DNA from: Monocercomonoides exilis PA203
Taxonomy: Eukaryota > Protista > Preaxostyla
DNA length: 64,000 bases
Reading direction: 5' to 3'
NCBI GenBank assembly: GCA_001643675.2
Contig: LSRY02000026.1
Location: forward strand, 930,001-994,000
The notes beneath the pieces are model-generated. The model made no database searches and was not told where the DNA came from. It saw only the letters and a program-made list of their open reading frames with translations. Position 1 is the stretch's first letter. The number at the start of each line of letters is the position of its first letter. Positions 48,940 to 62,602 of this stretch are shown here, in pieces. Made by a program: the position numbers and the translations under genes.

Positions 48940-50381
48940 TCAAACATTCACAAAATAATCTGAAATATTCAACGATAATGTGTAATAATATTGTCTGTTA
49001 AGAAAATCAAACACTTTGTGAAAGCCAGCTATGGCATCTTCAGATCCTTCCTCTTCCATCTTTTCAAATATCTTTCTTTTCATCTCTTTTCTTTTCGCTT
49101 CTTCGGTTTCATCAACCTTCTTTTCTTTCAATCGCCCTGAAATATTCTCAAACAAATGCAAACAATTCCACAAAATAACATCATCCAAAGTTGATTGCTT
49201 CATTTCCTCCAAAAAGATTCCAATAGCTCCACTTTTCAACAAGTCATCAATTTTCACATTTTCCTTTACTGCTGCACTTCTTAATAAAGAGAGGCTTTGA
49301 TGGCTTGTATGTGTGTAATTACCCTTTGTTGCTCGAGATAACTGAATTAGGCTACGCATTAGTTCAGCAAGTTCTTCGTTCCGCAGCGTGAATGAGCGAA
49401 AGAACTCATAAATCATATTGAGCCATTTCTTTATCATTTGAACTTCTCTTCTTCCATTTTCTTCTTCTTTTCTCTTCCAATCCACACATTTCGACAATTC
49501 TTCAAATTCTTTGGCTGCCTCTCTCGCAAAATGCAGCTCATTCACCATAACATCTTCCAACTCATTTTCTTTATAAAATCTGTGCAACAAAAACTGCCAA
49601 GCAGACTGATAGGCAAGCCTTGTTAGATTTCTGTGCTCCTGATTATATTTGATGATCGCTTTGATTTCATTCAAATACAGTTTTTGTTTAATATTCTTTT
49701 TAAAAAAGAGTGAAAAATCAATAATTTCAAAAAGGAAATAGAAACAGTCATACAATATATCCAACATTGCTCAAAGCCAACAATGCTATTTCCACTTCTT
49801 TTTGAGCTTCCTCGTTTCCCTCTTTCTTCAACGCAACTTTCAGAAGATAGGGCACACATATTGAAATCAATTTAGTCGAAAAGAAGTAGCCGAGAAAAAG
49901 ATAGCTTTCGCTAAGGTCAATAAGAAGCTTTTCATCCTTTTCTTTTGTTTTCTTTTCTTCTTTAGTTATCATCTTTTCAATTCTTTTGCTCAATGATGAA
50001 TTATCAAAAGAATTTACGAAATACATTTTCAGCATTTTGCAATATCCAACATGCTTCAACAGCAAGATTGCACTTTCCAATGATAATGTCTTTTTCTCAA
50101 TCATTTTGCCCATTTCATTGAATCGTTCTACTGTGAAAACTGTTTGAAATTCTTCTTCATCCATTTCTTCAATTAATCTATTCATTTCCTCTATTTTCTG
50201 CATTTGCTCATCTTTTCTGCAACCTTCCAGTTCACAAAACAATTCTGCAAACAAGTTTCAAAATACAAAAATTTTTGTTCAAAACTGTTTAATCCAAATA
50301 AAATGGCAAACTTGAAAACTGTTCTGTTCTGGTCATAGCTTGAACTCCTTTTTCGCATCTATCATTAGCCGACAAACTCAT
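48940..50381 (-). CDS. Lineage-expanded helical hypothetical protein, paralog 2 (3 exons)
   Basis: ORFs 49748-50254 and 48940-49767 are joined by a GTATGA..AAG intron (GYI|NIKQKLYLNE). A short first exon MSLSANDRCEKGVQAMTRTEQFS is followed by a GTTTG intron. Confidence 0.85.
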
Positions 50382-53300
50382 TCTGCTTGTTGCAAAAAAC
50401 ATTCACAAAGAAGGACAAAATTTGACAAGCAATAAAATAAAAGATAAATACAAACAACATTGATTATCTTGCAGTCTTAAAATGATCGCTATCCAATCTG
50501 TTTTGTTATTGCTTTATAAAAAGAAGTGCAAAAGAAATTGCGAAGGAGCAGCAAGGATTGGCTGTATGAAGCAAGAAATGGAAAATTTTTGTTTCTTTTT
50601 GATCAAACCAATGAAAATTTTTGATGAAATAATCGATTTTGATTTTCTTTTTTCTTTTTGTAAATTGAGTTTGTTTTTTATTGGTATGAAATTGGATATT
50701 TCAATCACGCATATATGGTTATTGTCAGAAAAAAGAAAAAGAAAAAAAGCCTTCAAATTTAATAAAAGAAAAGTCTTATTCGACTGTTGACAAACAATAT
50801 TTAGATCTAAAACATGGAAAGCAGATGCTTGCACGCTCAATGAATTTTATTTGATTATTTTCTTGTTATTCAATTTTCAGTTTTCATTCAAGATGATTCA
50901 TCGGATAATTGAAAGGAAAAAAAAGACAAAATATCAAAAAGGAATTGTCGATTCAATTTGAATGTCAGTCAAACATAAGAAGACATGGAAAAATGGTTTT
51001 GAAGTGAAATGAACAAATTATAAAAATTCTTGAATGTCATCTTTAACGTCAAGGATGACAGTTCAAATAATTGGTTGAAAACTAACAATAACAAAAGATG
51101 ACATTTTTCTTTTTGTTTTCATCAAACGCTTTGGGAAATCAAAAATCCATATGACTTGGATTGAAAGGAGATCAGATGAGAAATGTTGTGAAGGCAGCTG
51201 TGCAATATGAGGCATTCAGGAAGCACAACAATTCAACAACATCTTTGGTTGTTTATTAAAAACCCAGAAGAAATGAATCAGAGAAGTCTGCTGCTCAACC
51301 AAAAGAATGAATAGAGCATAAGGGAAATCGGATTCATTGCACGAATACTTCCTTTTGCACACAATTTTCTCTTCTTTGGAGCAAACAAAAAATTCGTCAT
51401 TGGACTTCAATGGCGGATGAGAATGAATGGACATCCCTTTTTGAATCTCTCTTCAACCCTGCCTTTTTCTCTTTTCCCTCAGCGAACAGCACACTCAGTG
51501 AAAGAAGAAACACCCGTCTTTTCACTCATTTCTCATCTGACATTCTCAGGATGTTTCATCTTCTCCATTGGTTTCTCTGCAAAGAACATCTCTTGTCAAA
51601 TCATCCTCTTTTGCAGTTGCTGAACATGCTGAAAAGACTCAGTGAGCAACAACAGCTTCTTCAATGGTGATTGAAAGAAAGTTGAGCATGCTTTGGGTGA
51701 AGCAAAAGAAAGAAGTCTTTTTTGACGTGTTTCTTGAATTCCACTTTCATTTTATGGTGGTCTTCTGAAGGATTTCTCCTCGTCAACTTCTTTCTTTTTC
51801 TTCCTCTCCTTTCCAGACAATCTTCCTCGTTGCTTCTTCTTTCTTCATTTGCATTTCTTGAAACCAATTGCCCGATTTGTTTTCAGGATTCTGTTTCCTT
51901 TCTCGTTGGATCACCAAATAAGTTGGAGAAGAAGAACAAGAAAAAGAAGAACCTTTCGAAGCAATTGTTGTTCATGAAGAAGGAGAAAAGGAACATGAAT
52001 TTCATCTGTTTTCAATGCTCAGCTTGAATGAAGGAGAAGAAGCAAAAGAGGATTTCCTTTGTCCTTTTTCTTTCTTCTTCACTGTTTCCTTTCAAACAGA
52101 AGTACATTATTCCTTTTGAAGATTTTGGAAAGAATTACATCGCTCCCCCAAATTTCAGAGGAAGAAGAAGATGTTTTGATCATTATCCTTATGCTTTGTT
52201 TGATGAAGACAGTGATACAAAAAAAGAGGAAGCAAATGTTGATGTTGAAGCCTGTGTCGATCTTTCTGAATGATGCTGAAATGACATTTTTTCCAAATTA
52301 ATTCCTTCATTCAAATTCACCTTCAGTTAATTTTCCCTCTCTCCCTGCTCATTTTGCCTTCATCTCAGAACTCCTCTCTTTCTCTTTGTTCCATCCCAAA
52401 CAACCATCTCCATTCATTCAACATCTCAATCTTTTCTTTTCTTTTCTTCAATTCAAACATTCCACATTGTTCATCTCATCATCAAATTCGTCTTTCCTCT
52501 TCCAAATGAGCAATCGCACATTCAACATTCGACATCACATCCATTTTGTGTGCTCCTGAGACAGTGTTCTGTTCCATTCTTTTGAAATAAAGTTATCGTC
52601 TGTTGACTGATCATGACTCACTCAGGGCTTGGTTCTGTTGATTTTGAAGTTTCTTTCTTTGAGGATGCTTAGATAAAATGATTGAAGCTGTTTCTTCGAA
52701 GAAACAAGAAACATCGTTGAAGAAGGTTGTGTGTTGTCTGATCATGGGCAAACTGTTTTACTTGATGAAACGCATCAATTGCCCAAATTGAACAGAAATA
52801 TGGAAGAAGAAGATGATTGTTACAAATGAAATGAAATGAGCCAGATGAACTCTTCAGAGGAAGATGAATGGAAAAGGCGAGGAAGAAGTTTCATTGTGAA
52901 CAAATGGTCTTTCATTTGAACACGTTGCATATCGAAAAAGCAATGAGTGAAAGAACTGAAGATGATGAAGAAGAAAAGGTTGGCTTTCATTCCAGAAGGA
53001 GAGTCAACAGTCAAAGAATTGCATTGTTGAGTGGTTGCAAATAAGGAGCACTTCTTCATTTTAAAAAAAATGCGCAATCCAATCAATCGAATTGAACAAA
53101 AAAGGGTAATTAGGTACTTTTCTTAACATTTAGCACGTTATTTGAACCCCAATTAACAACAAAAAAATTGGACAACTCGCTCCATGTTGCAACACAAAAA
53201 AATAATGGCGATTGCATTCGGCCTTTTAGTTCAACAATTCCCTTTTACGAATCAGTTGTTCTTCCCATCCGCCAAACAAAAATATCGTCAATGAAGAGAT

Positions 53301-54354
53301 CGAAAGAGAAGGAGAAGAAACAATACAATTCGTTAAAATACTGCTTGAAATGGATTGTCACCAGGAATGACGCTCAACATAAAAAATGCTGTTTGCGGGA
53401 ATGGAAAAATGATTCAAAAATACATAAAAATAATTAGTTTTGCTTTAATTATAAAAATTCTTCTAAAGAACACATACACCCTCCATATTGCAAATGCATA
53501 GGATTGTCCAATCACTGATGATAAAAATCTCCTTTTCCCTTGTTTTCCAGTGCTCCTTTCTCCATCATCCTTTTTTCCCCACAAATATCCAACTTTTAAT
53601 GTTATCTTCCACTTTCTTTGTCAGAAAAAATATCTCTTCATATTTTCTTTCCAAGAGCTGTCCAATTGTTGGTATTCTCCTTTTCGCTTTCATCCAAATG
53701 CTTTGAAATTGAATTTGTTTTCATCCCCTCTCCCAACTGAATACAAAAATTTTGCAATTCACATCTGCTGATTGTATCTCGGAATAGCTCTCTTCTTATG
53801 ATCTCCTCAGAAAATCAAAGGAATGGCCATTTATATAATTTGTCAGATTCTTGCACTCTGAGAAGGCCACAGATGGAAACATCTTTAAAATGAACAAGAA
53901 TAATAAAAAACGCAAACATCAAACTTTTCATACATTATTTTGGAAAATGAATTTCCTTCAAAAATGCTTTCATAAAAATCATCTCGCCCAATTCCAAAAT
54001 CAATTCCCAGCCGTCGCTGTCTCGTGCCAACGCACAAAATAATATCGCCTATCCTGCAGAAAATATTCGTTTGCCGATCTATCATCTTTCCAATGGTTAA
54101 TTTCGTTCAAAGAAAACAACTCGATCAGAACTTCCATAACAATAAACTTGAAAAGTTAAATCATTGTTTTTTCTGTGAAATACTTTGCCAAAAGTGCTTT
54201 CATAAAAAGAATGGTATGAGGAAAGACATTTTCCAGATGATTTTGTAAATTTAATATTTGACATTTTTTTCTCTGCCTTGATTATTCTTTTCATTTGAAT
54301 TGATAAAAATGTTGATGTCTTCCGAATGATGCGTTTTGCAAAAAGTCGAAGGAA

Positions 54355-55752
54355 ATGAGCGTCACTGAAAAGTTCACTAGTTTGCAATCGTTGTTGCAGT
54401 TGAATTCATATTTATTGAATTTCTTTCTTTCTATCTTTTTGAAGAATTGTTTGATGGACTTGAAGAGTGTGATGAGGAGGAACAAGTGCAGAAAATTGAG
54501 GAAATGAATGAAATGATTAATGAAATGAATGAAGAAGAATTTAGATCAATTTTCACAAAAGAACTGTTCAATAAAATTCACCAAATGATTGAAGAAAAGA
54601 CATTATCTTGGGGAAACGCAATCTTGTTGTTGAAGCAAGCTGGATATTGCAAGGAATTGAAAAGCTTTTTTTGTTATTCTTTTGATGATTCATCATTGAG
54701 TAAAAGAATGCCAGGGATGATTATTGAAGAAAACGAGAAAAAAGAAGGAAGGAAGGAAAATCTTTTGACTGATCTTTGTGAATGTTATCTTTTGCTTTGC
54801 GATAAATGCATTCCTGATGAAGTTCTTTCAATCATTGTGCCTTGCCTTCTGAAAGCTGCATTGAACAAGGAAGAAAACGAGGAAACTCAGAAAGAAGTGG
54901 AACTGGCTTTGCTTGCTTTGAGCAACATTATCTATTTTGTATGAGAACTTCTATTTGATTTTTTAACATTTTTATATTTCTATCTTCTTTTTTAAGAAAG
55001 TATGTGAAGAATTATATTTGAATGAGATCACTGAAATCATCGAATATCATCAGGAACATCACAATCTGACACGACTTGCCTATCAGTCTGCTTGGGAGTT
55101 TTTGGTGTTAAGATTTCACAACGACAAGATCTTGGAAGACATAATTGTGAATGAACTGCATTTTGCAAGAGAAGCAACAAAAGCATTGGAAGAACTGAAA
55201 AAAGATGTGGATTGGAAGAGAAAAGAAGAGGCAAATGGAAGAATAGAAGTGTTTATTATCAGGAGATGGCTTCGTGTTATTAAATACTTCTTCGACTGGT
55301 ACACATTGTGGAATGAAGAACTTGCAAAGCTAATAGCCAGCCTTGTTCAAGTATTTCGAGCAGCAAAGAATAATTACCCAGATACAAGCCATCAATGCAT
55401 TATTTCTTTAAGAAATGCAGCAGAAAATAAAGATGTGAAAACTGATAACTTTTTGAAAAGCGGAGCTATTGGAATCTCTTTGGAGGAAATGAAGCAATCA
55501 ATTTTGATTCATTTTTCAATAGTGGAAAGTTTGTCTTTGTTAAGAAAAATTTCAGAAAGATTGAATGAAAAGGAGGATGATGAAATGGAAGAAGCGAAAA
55601 GAAAAGAGATGAAAAGAAAGATATTTGAAAAGATGGAGGAAGATGGATTTGAAGATGCCATAACTGGCTTTCACAAAGTATTTGATTTTCTTGATAGAAA
55701 ACACTTTGATAGTTTATCGTTGAATATTTCAGATTATTTTGTGAATGTTTGA
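54355..55752 (+). CDS. Lineage-expanded helical hypothetical protein, paralog 3 (3 exons)
   Basis: First exon MSVTEKFT. Intron 54939-54996 (phase 0) gives SNIIYF|KVCEELYLNE. Intron positions match paralogs 1 and 2. The start is uncertain. Confidence 0.85.
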
Positions 55753-56587
55753 GAAAACGAGACAAAATTTAAACATTTATGAAAAAAACCGAAATTTGTT
55801 CCAATCTTTTTCAACAATCATATAATTATAAGTCTGACATTCTCATGCATTAATTTAAAGAAAGTTTTTAAAATTTAGAAAAATATTTGAAAATATTGAG
55901 TGGAACAAAATTCATGAGGCTATCAATTTTGTCCCAGATGAAATTCTTTGAATCACTCTTTTTATTGTTTTGTGATTTTTTCCCCACACATTTCGTGAGG
56001 CGCTCAAAGAAAAGTTAAAAATGAGAATTTTTTCTGAAAAAAAAATATCTTGCAACAGAATGTATTTATTTTTTTTAAAGGAAATTAAAACAATTTTTGT
56101 TGTTAACTCTTTTTTCGTAGATACAAAATGATTTTATTATTGAAAAACTTTCAGTCGAAATCGAAAAACTTGTTTACAAAGTCGAAAGATTGAAAAACTT
56201 AAAATTTCAAAAAGTTGATAAGAATCAATAAAAGTCTAAAAAAAGTTCATTTTCTGGTAATCTTATGAAGAATGAAAAATAATTAAAAATTTTTAACTTT
56301 TCTTTTCTTTTTCTTTTCTTTTTCTTTTCTTTTCTTATCTTTCTTTCTTTCTTTCTTTTTTTGATAAAAAAATCATTTTTTCAAACAAAAAAATACAAAA
56401 TATTAAAATATTGTTTCGAATTTGCTTCTGAGTTTATTTTGGTTCGAAATTTCCAAATTTCGCAGAAAATGACAATACAAACATATCGTTTAATGTTTTC
56501 AAAAATGAATGAAAAACATTATTTTAACTAAAATTTTCTTTATAAAGCATTTATGTTTTGATAAACAATTTTCGATTTCGATTGTTA

Positions 56588-57456
56588 CACCAAAAATTAT
56601 TCAACATCGAAAAAATTTAATTCAAAATCGAAAAAGTTTAAAACAACACGAAAAACTTTAATTCAACATCGAAAATTATTATTCAAGATCGAAAAAGTTA
56701 AATTCAAGATCGAAAAAGAAGTTAATTAGTTCAGAATTTCAATTAAAGTCAAAACCTTGGAAATTTTATTGACGCAAATGTTTAGAATTGCAAATGTTTA
56801 TTTATTGGAAATGTTTTTCTTTCGTTTTTATCAACTGTTTTCTACTATATAGATTGATATCAATCGATTCTTTTCTCATTTTAAATACTGAAAATGATAT
56901 ATTTTATCGGTTTCCAATGCAATATATGAAAAACAAAACATTTTATTTTTCTGTAAATGAAATGAATTTATGTATTTTTGTGCACAAAACAAGATCATGA
57001 ACTATCCTATCACTTTTATTTTTTGCAAAAATTGCTTATGATCTCCTGAATACATGTGAAAAGTTAAATAATAATACAGTTTTATCCTATTTCCACTATT
57101 TCACACAACCTAACACCAAAAAAACATCAAAAAATATTATTCTAATTGAAATTGACAAATTTCTCAGATCAATAACTGAAAGAAAAGAAACTGACATGAT
57201 TTTGAATTTTAAATTTTTTTTCAAATTTTTTCACGACAAAAAATTTTCGATGTTGAATCAAATATTTTCGATTTCGAATTAAAGTTTTCCGATTTCGAAT
57301 ATTAATTTTCGATCTTGAATTAAACTTTTTCGATCTTGAATTAAACTTTTTCGATCTTGAATAATAATTTTCGATGTTGAATTAAAGTTTTTCGATGTTG
57401 TTTTAAACTTTTTCGATTTTGAATTAAATTTTTTCGATGTTGAATAATTTTTGGCG
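56588..57456. mobile_element. 869-bp foldback-type element with TIRs built from ~21-bp tandem units, TA TSD
   Basis: Ends C(A/G)CCAAAAATTATTCAACATCGAAAAAATTTAATTCAAAATCG are inverted. The unit is ~TTCAAGATCGAAAAAGTTTAA, with ~6 units on the left and ~10 on the right. TA at 56586-56587 and 57457-57458. Confidence 0.85.
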
Positions 57457-57533
57457 TACAATTTCTGAAAATAACAACACAATAAAAAAAAAAATACAAA
57501 ATGGAAGATTCAAAAAACTTGTTAAAATACATA

Positions 57534-60500
57534 TTACTTTGAAAAAATATATGAAGTAAATAAATCCAAAAGTGATTCCGAAGAATGAAATGAATTGTAA
57601 CATTCAACAAAAGAATGAATGCCGTAAAGAGCAACAAGTACGTCATAAATACCTTCTTCTTCTCCGAGTTTCAACGTGCAAGTAACTAATGACATCATTG
57701 ACAGCATTTGGAGCAAAGATCTGTAAATATTTGTTGCTATTTCACCAGATGAAAGCATAGCTGCAGAGAGGAGAATTGAAATATACTCTGGATATGATAC
57801 AAGCAGATTCTTCTGAGACTGCAACGTGTATTCATAGCACGGGAAGAGCAAGGAAACAGACCTTGCCCATAGCATTGTCTGACATTTCGATGGAAGCAAA
57901 CAACGCTTAAAAAGCGGGTGACGCAGACCAAATGATAGGAGTTTTATAGGACTGCGCAAGATAGTCACACATGCGCTGCTGTATAGCATCTGAGTAGCCT
58001 CGTCAAATTGGTGACGTCCATTTGAATAGAACGGAGAAAGCACCAATGCTCTTTTATCCTCAAACACATTGAAATCAGGATCAGTTACCGGGTTTAGTTC
58101 CATGCATGGAGGAGCCAATGCAACAAGGAAATATGCACATTTCTCCCTGAAATCTGTGCATTCGAGAATTTTGTCCTGATTAAAGACAGACACGATTAGT
58201 CTCAAAATACAGCGCACAACAGGAATTGATGGCAGTTTTGTGACTGGTGGAACAATTTTTGGAACAGGAAGGACTCGATATAATCTGTTGTTTGAAGGAG
58301 AAAATGAATCCACCCAAGAGAAAGAAAAGCCAAATAGCTGCTCAATCAAATCGGGTAGTCCATAATCAAGCGTGAATGGAAGAGAAAATAGTTCGCCTGC
58401 AGAATTGAAAAGAATGAAGAAGAGAAAAAAATTGATATTTGAAAAAATCGTTCACATAAAAATAAAACAAAAACAAAAACAAAAACAAAAATAGAATGTG
58501 AACAGTTGAAATCAAAGAGAAAAAATCAAAATAAATAAATATTTATCAATTCGCGAAACAAAAATTGAATATGTGTACACAACACTTTCAAACATTCTTA
58601 ACATAATCTCAAACAACTGTCAATCAGCCACACACCCATCTCCAATGCACAGCACAGCGCTGTCAAATTACAGATAAGATCTAACTCATCCAGAGGATGA
58701 AACATGTCCCTGAATTTGTGTGCAATTTGAAAAGGAGAAATAACGCAATCATCATATCCAGTGCGCAAAATAAAGCTGAACGGAACATCGCTCTTTCGCA
58801 GCTCATCCACTCCAATATCGCTCTCAACGAACAGATCATACAGGCTGTTGCAGAAAGGAAACATCCCAATCGATACACCTTGCATCGCCATCATGTTCAG
58901 CACATAAAACGCATCTGCATTTCCTTCGCATTCTCCTGTCACATACGGACGCAACATCGAGATAAAATCACTCGACAGCAACCGGCTCATCATCGAACCA
59001 AAGGCAACACTCTTCTTCTGAGAAATGCTCGAAACTTGCTTCTGAAAAAGTAACGGATTCACAGAAGAACAAACTTGTTCGTTCTTTCTGTCTGAGGCTG
59101 CACTTTGTGACTTGCATGAACTTTTGAGGAGAAAAGCAACAATACTCAGTGTCTCTTTTGCCATTCCTAACTTCGGGTTGATGAACGGAAGAATCAAAGA
59201 AAAGATCCTGTCCAGCAGCTTAGCATTCGTAAACACTTTAAGCATCCTCATCTCTTCCTTCTGCAGCAGCCGCGAAAAGAATTGCGGAAACCGCTCATGG
59301 CTTGCATTGTAGAAGCGCATGAGCACATTTTCCAGTGTCTCAATGCACTTCGCTTTCACATCAGCTGCAGTGGCTGAAGAAGCAGCAGAAGTCGAAGCAG
59401 AAGAAGAAGCCGTGTCTATCAGCGACAGAAGCGTTGAGGCCAATTTGACCTGAGGATTAAACTCTTCTTCTGCCACACTCACACTCACCGTCTCAATCAG
59501 CTCCAGCGCCATCTTCACACCGCGCAAAGGAATAGCTCTTCCGCCTTGCAAAAGAAACAGGGTCGCACTTTTCCGCTGTACATTGTTCAATTTTGTGTTC
59601 TGCATCGCCCACATCTGCACCACATGCATGCACAGCCTTCCATACTGCAGAACATCCTCCACTTTCATGTCTGATTTCCTCTTCTCATTCACCCACTTCA
59701 CGAACAGCTTCCTCCCTTCTAGCTTCTCCATCTCCTTTTTGATCTCCTTCTGCCTGCCCGACACCAGCAACGCATCAATCAACGTGAATGCACACCCAAC
59801 AATCTCGTCTGAATGGTCTGCTCTCTCCATTTCCTGCTTGATCGAAGACATCAGATCTTCCATAGAGAAGCGACAATTGACTGTCGGATCAATTCCTATC
59901 AGAAGCCTGAGAAGACGCAGCGACGCACTGAAAAGCTGATCAAAAGGTGTTTTTTCCTTTTCCTGCCATTCCTCTTCGTTTTCTTCGCTCTTAATCTGCT
60001 TCTTCTTGTTTCTGTGCTTGCTTTCTTCTCCTTTTGCGTCTGCCCTTTTTTCTCTCACAATCCCCTTCTCCCAATTCCTCAGCACTTCAAACAGAGAATT
60101 TAGCAAGTGTTCGTCTCTCACTGCAGCACACAGGGCAGGCTTCCATCGGAGGACATATGCGATGACATTCAAGGCATCTGAAGCAAGGGAAGGAGAAGAA
60201 TCAGCAGAAACAGCTGCATTGACAGACACAGGGAGAATATTCACATTGGCAAGAGAAGGAAGAAGAGTGATGACTGATTGTGAGACATTTGAGATGGAGA
60301 AAGAGGGCTTTTCTACTGAAGATTCAGTTGGCTCAGTTAGCTTCGAAGAAGAAGAAGAAGAAGAGGAGGAGGAAGAAGAGGAGGAAGAAGAGGAGGAAGA
60401 GAAAGAGGAAGATACTAAAGAAGATGAAGAGATCAGAGGATCAATAGCAAACGGTTTCATTTCAGAGCCAAATGGATTTGATGGGAAAAAAGTTGGAAAA

Positions 60501-61709
60501 GAAGTGGAAAGAGAAGAAGAAAAAGCAGAAGGAGTAGAAAAACTCACAGGAGGAGTCAGAGACAGAGGAGGAGGAGAAAGTGGAGGAGAGAAAAGAGGAG
60601 GAGAAAGAGGAGGAGATAATGGAGGAGATAATGGAGGTGAGAGTGGTGGGGAAAAAGCAGATGAAGACAAAGAAAACAAAGAAGAAGAAGAAGAAGAAGA
60701 AGAAGAAGAAGAAGAAGAAGAAGAAGAAGAAGAAGAAGAAGAAGAAGAAGAAGAAGAAGAAGAAGAAGAAGAAGAAGAAGAAGAAGAAGAAGAAGAAGAA
60801 GACAATGAAAATGGAATAGAGGGAGGAAGATGAGACGAATGAGAAAGAGAAAATGGTGAAGAAGAATTTGAAGAAGAATGTGGCGTTTTTGGAAGTGTGT
60901 TGGAAGGGGAAGAAGATGGAGGAGATTTTGGCTGAGAAGGCTCGATAAGAAGCTGAAGAACAATTGGCTCTGAATTCTGCGATAAAGAAGAAAAGGAAGA
61001 GGAAGATGTTAAAGAAGAAGAAGAAGAAGAAGAGCCATCTGCCACTTTTTGCTGCGAAATATCAATTGGAGTGTCATCGTTCTTGATTGCTATCTTCATT
61101 GTTGCAAGTGTGCTGATAAAGGAGAAGAGGCAGCCTTTCAGTGAAGCTGAAGAAGAATCGAGAAAGCTGACAATTTGAGACAGGAGAGCATCGTTGCTGA
61201 ACGCTGTGATGAACAATGGATGAAGCATGGCTATTTACAGAGAAAGAGGAAAACAATTATTAAATTAAATAAATAAATAAATTTTGAATAAAAAATTTGA
61301 ATAATCGAAAAAGAAAATAAAACTTTTTTAATTTTCAAAAAAACAATAATTCGCAAAAACTCACAAAAATGCTACAAAATATAAAAAATTCCCTTTTTTC
61401 ATATTTTTTTTTTTTTTTTAAAATATTCGTTTGTTCTAAATCAGCATACGATTATTCTTTGCAACGCTGTTCATTTGGCTGATAAATCTCACAACCTCAT
61501 CCAAAAACTGTTTTTTTTCAGGTTTTTCATTCTCCTTCTGCAAACACAAAAGCAGCTGAACGATTATCTGGGAGATGTCTGTTACTTGCTTCGGAAGAGA
61601 AAAATGTGGCAGACAATTCAACAGAATGGAGAGGAACGAATGAAGCAAGACGATGTCTTCTTTGGAGATATCAAAAGGATTGCGTGTAACAGAAGAAGAA
61701 GAAGAGGAG

Positions 61710-61741
<32 letters not shown>

Positions 61742-62571
61742 AAAAGGGGAAGAAGAAGAAGCAGAAGCAGCAGCAGAAGAAGAAGTATTAAAGAGTGAGA
61801 ATCCACCTGACTTCGATGGCTTCAATGGAACATTGTTTGAATGAGATTTGCACTCATCATCTTCTTCTGCTAATTGTCTCATAAACAACTTCTGAATCTC
61901 TCCACATACACACTCAATCCCACTTTCACTGAAAAACAGGTTTCGAATTCTCATTTCTTCGCTTTCTTTCTCCTTTGCCCTCCGCTCTGCTTCTCTTATT
62001 TTGTGTGCTTTCTCTTCTTCTTCTTCTTCTTCTTCTTCTTCTTCTTCTTCTTCTTCTTCTTCTTCCTGTCTCCTCTTTTCTTCCTCTACTTTGGCTTCTC
62101 TGCTCTTTAGCGACTTATTCGCCTTGCTCCCTTTTACTGTCTTTGATTGGCTTTGCGTTTGATTAAGTGTTTTTCCCTTCGCTTTATAGATTTTTTCGCT
62201 ATCATCCTCTCTTTCTCCTTCTCTTTCTTTTTCATCGCAAACTTTTCCTTTCTTCCCCTCTTCTGCGTCTTCATCTCCTTCACCCGCAACGCCCAGCAGC
62301 TTTGCGAGAACAGCACAGACAGCATTTTTGATCTCATCGTCAGCCACACAAAGACACCGCAGCAGAATTCGCATGTGAATCGATATGACATGCACTTGGT
62401 TTGATAAAGGCTGCTCTTCGGAATCATCATCATCTTCTTTATCATTGTCATCATCATCATTGCTATCATTAGCATTTGATAAATTGAAAGAAGAAGAAGA
62501 AGAAGAAGAAGAAGAAGAAGAAGAAGAAGAAGAAGAAGAAGAAGAAGAAGAAGAAGAAGAAGAAGAAGAAG

Positions 62572-62602
<31 letters not shown>

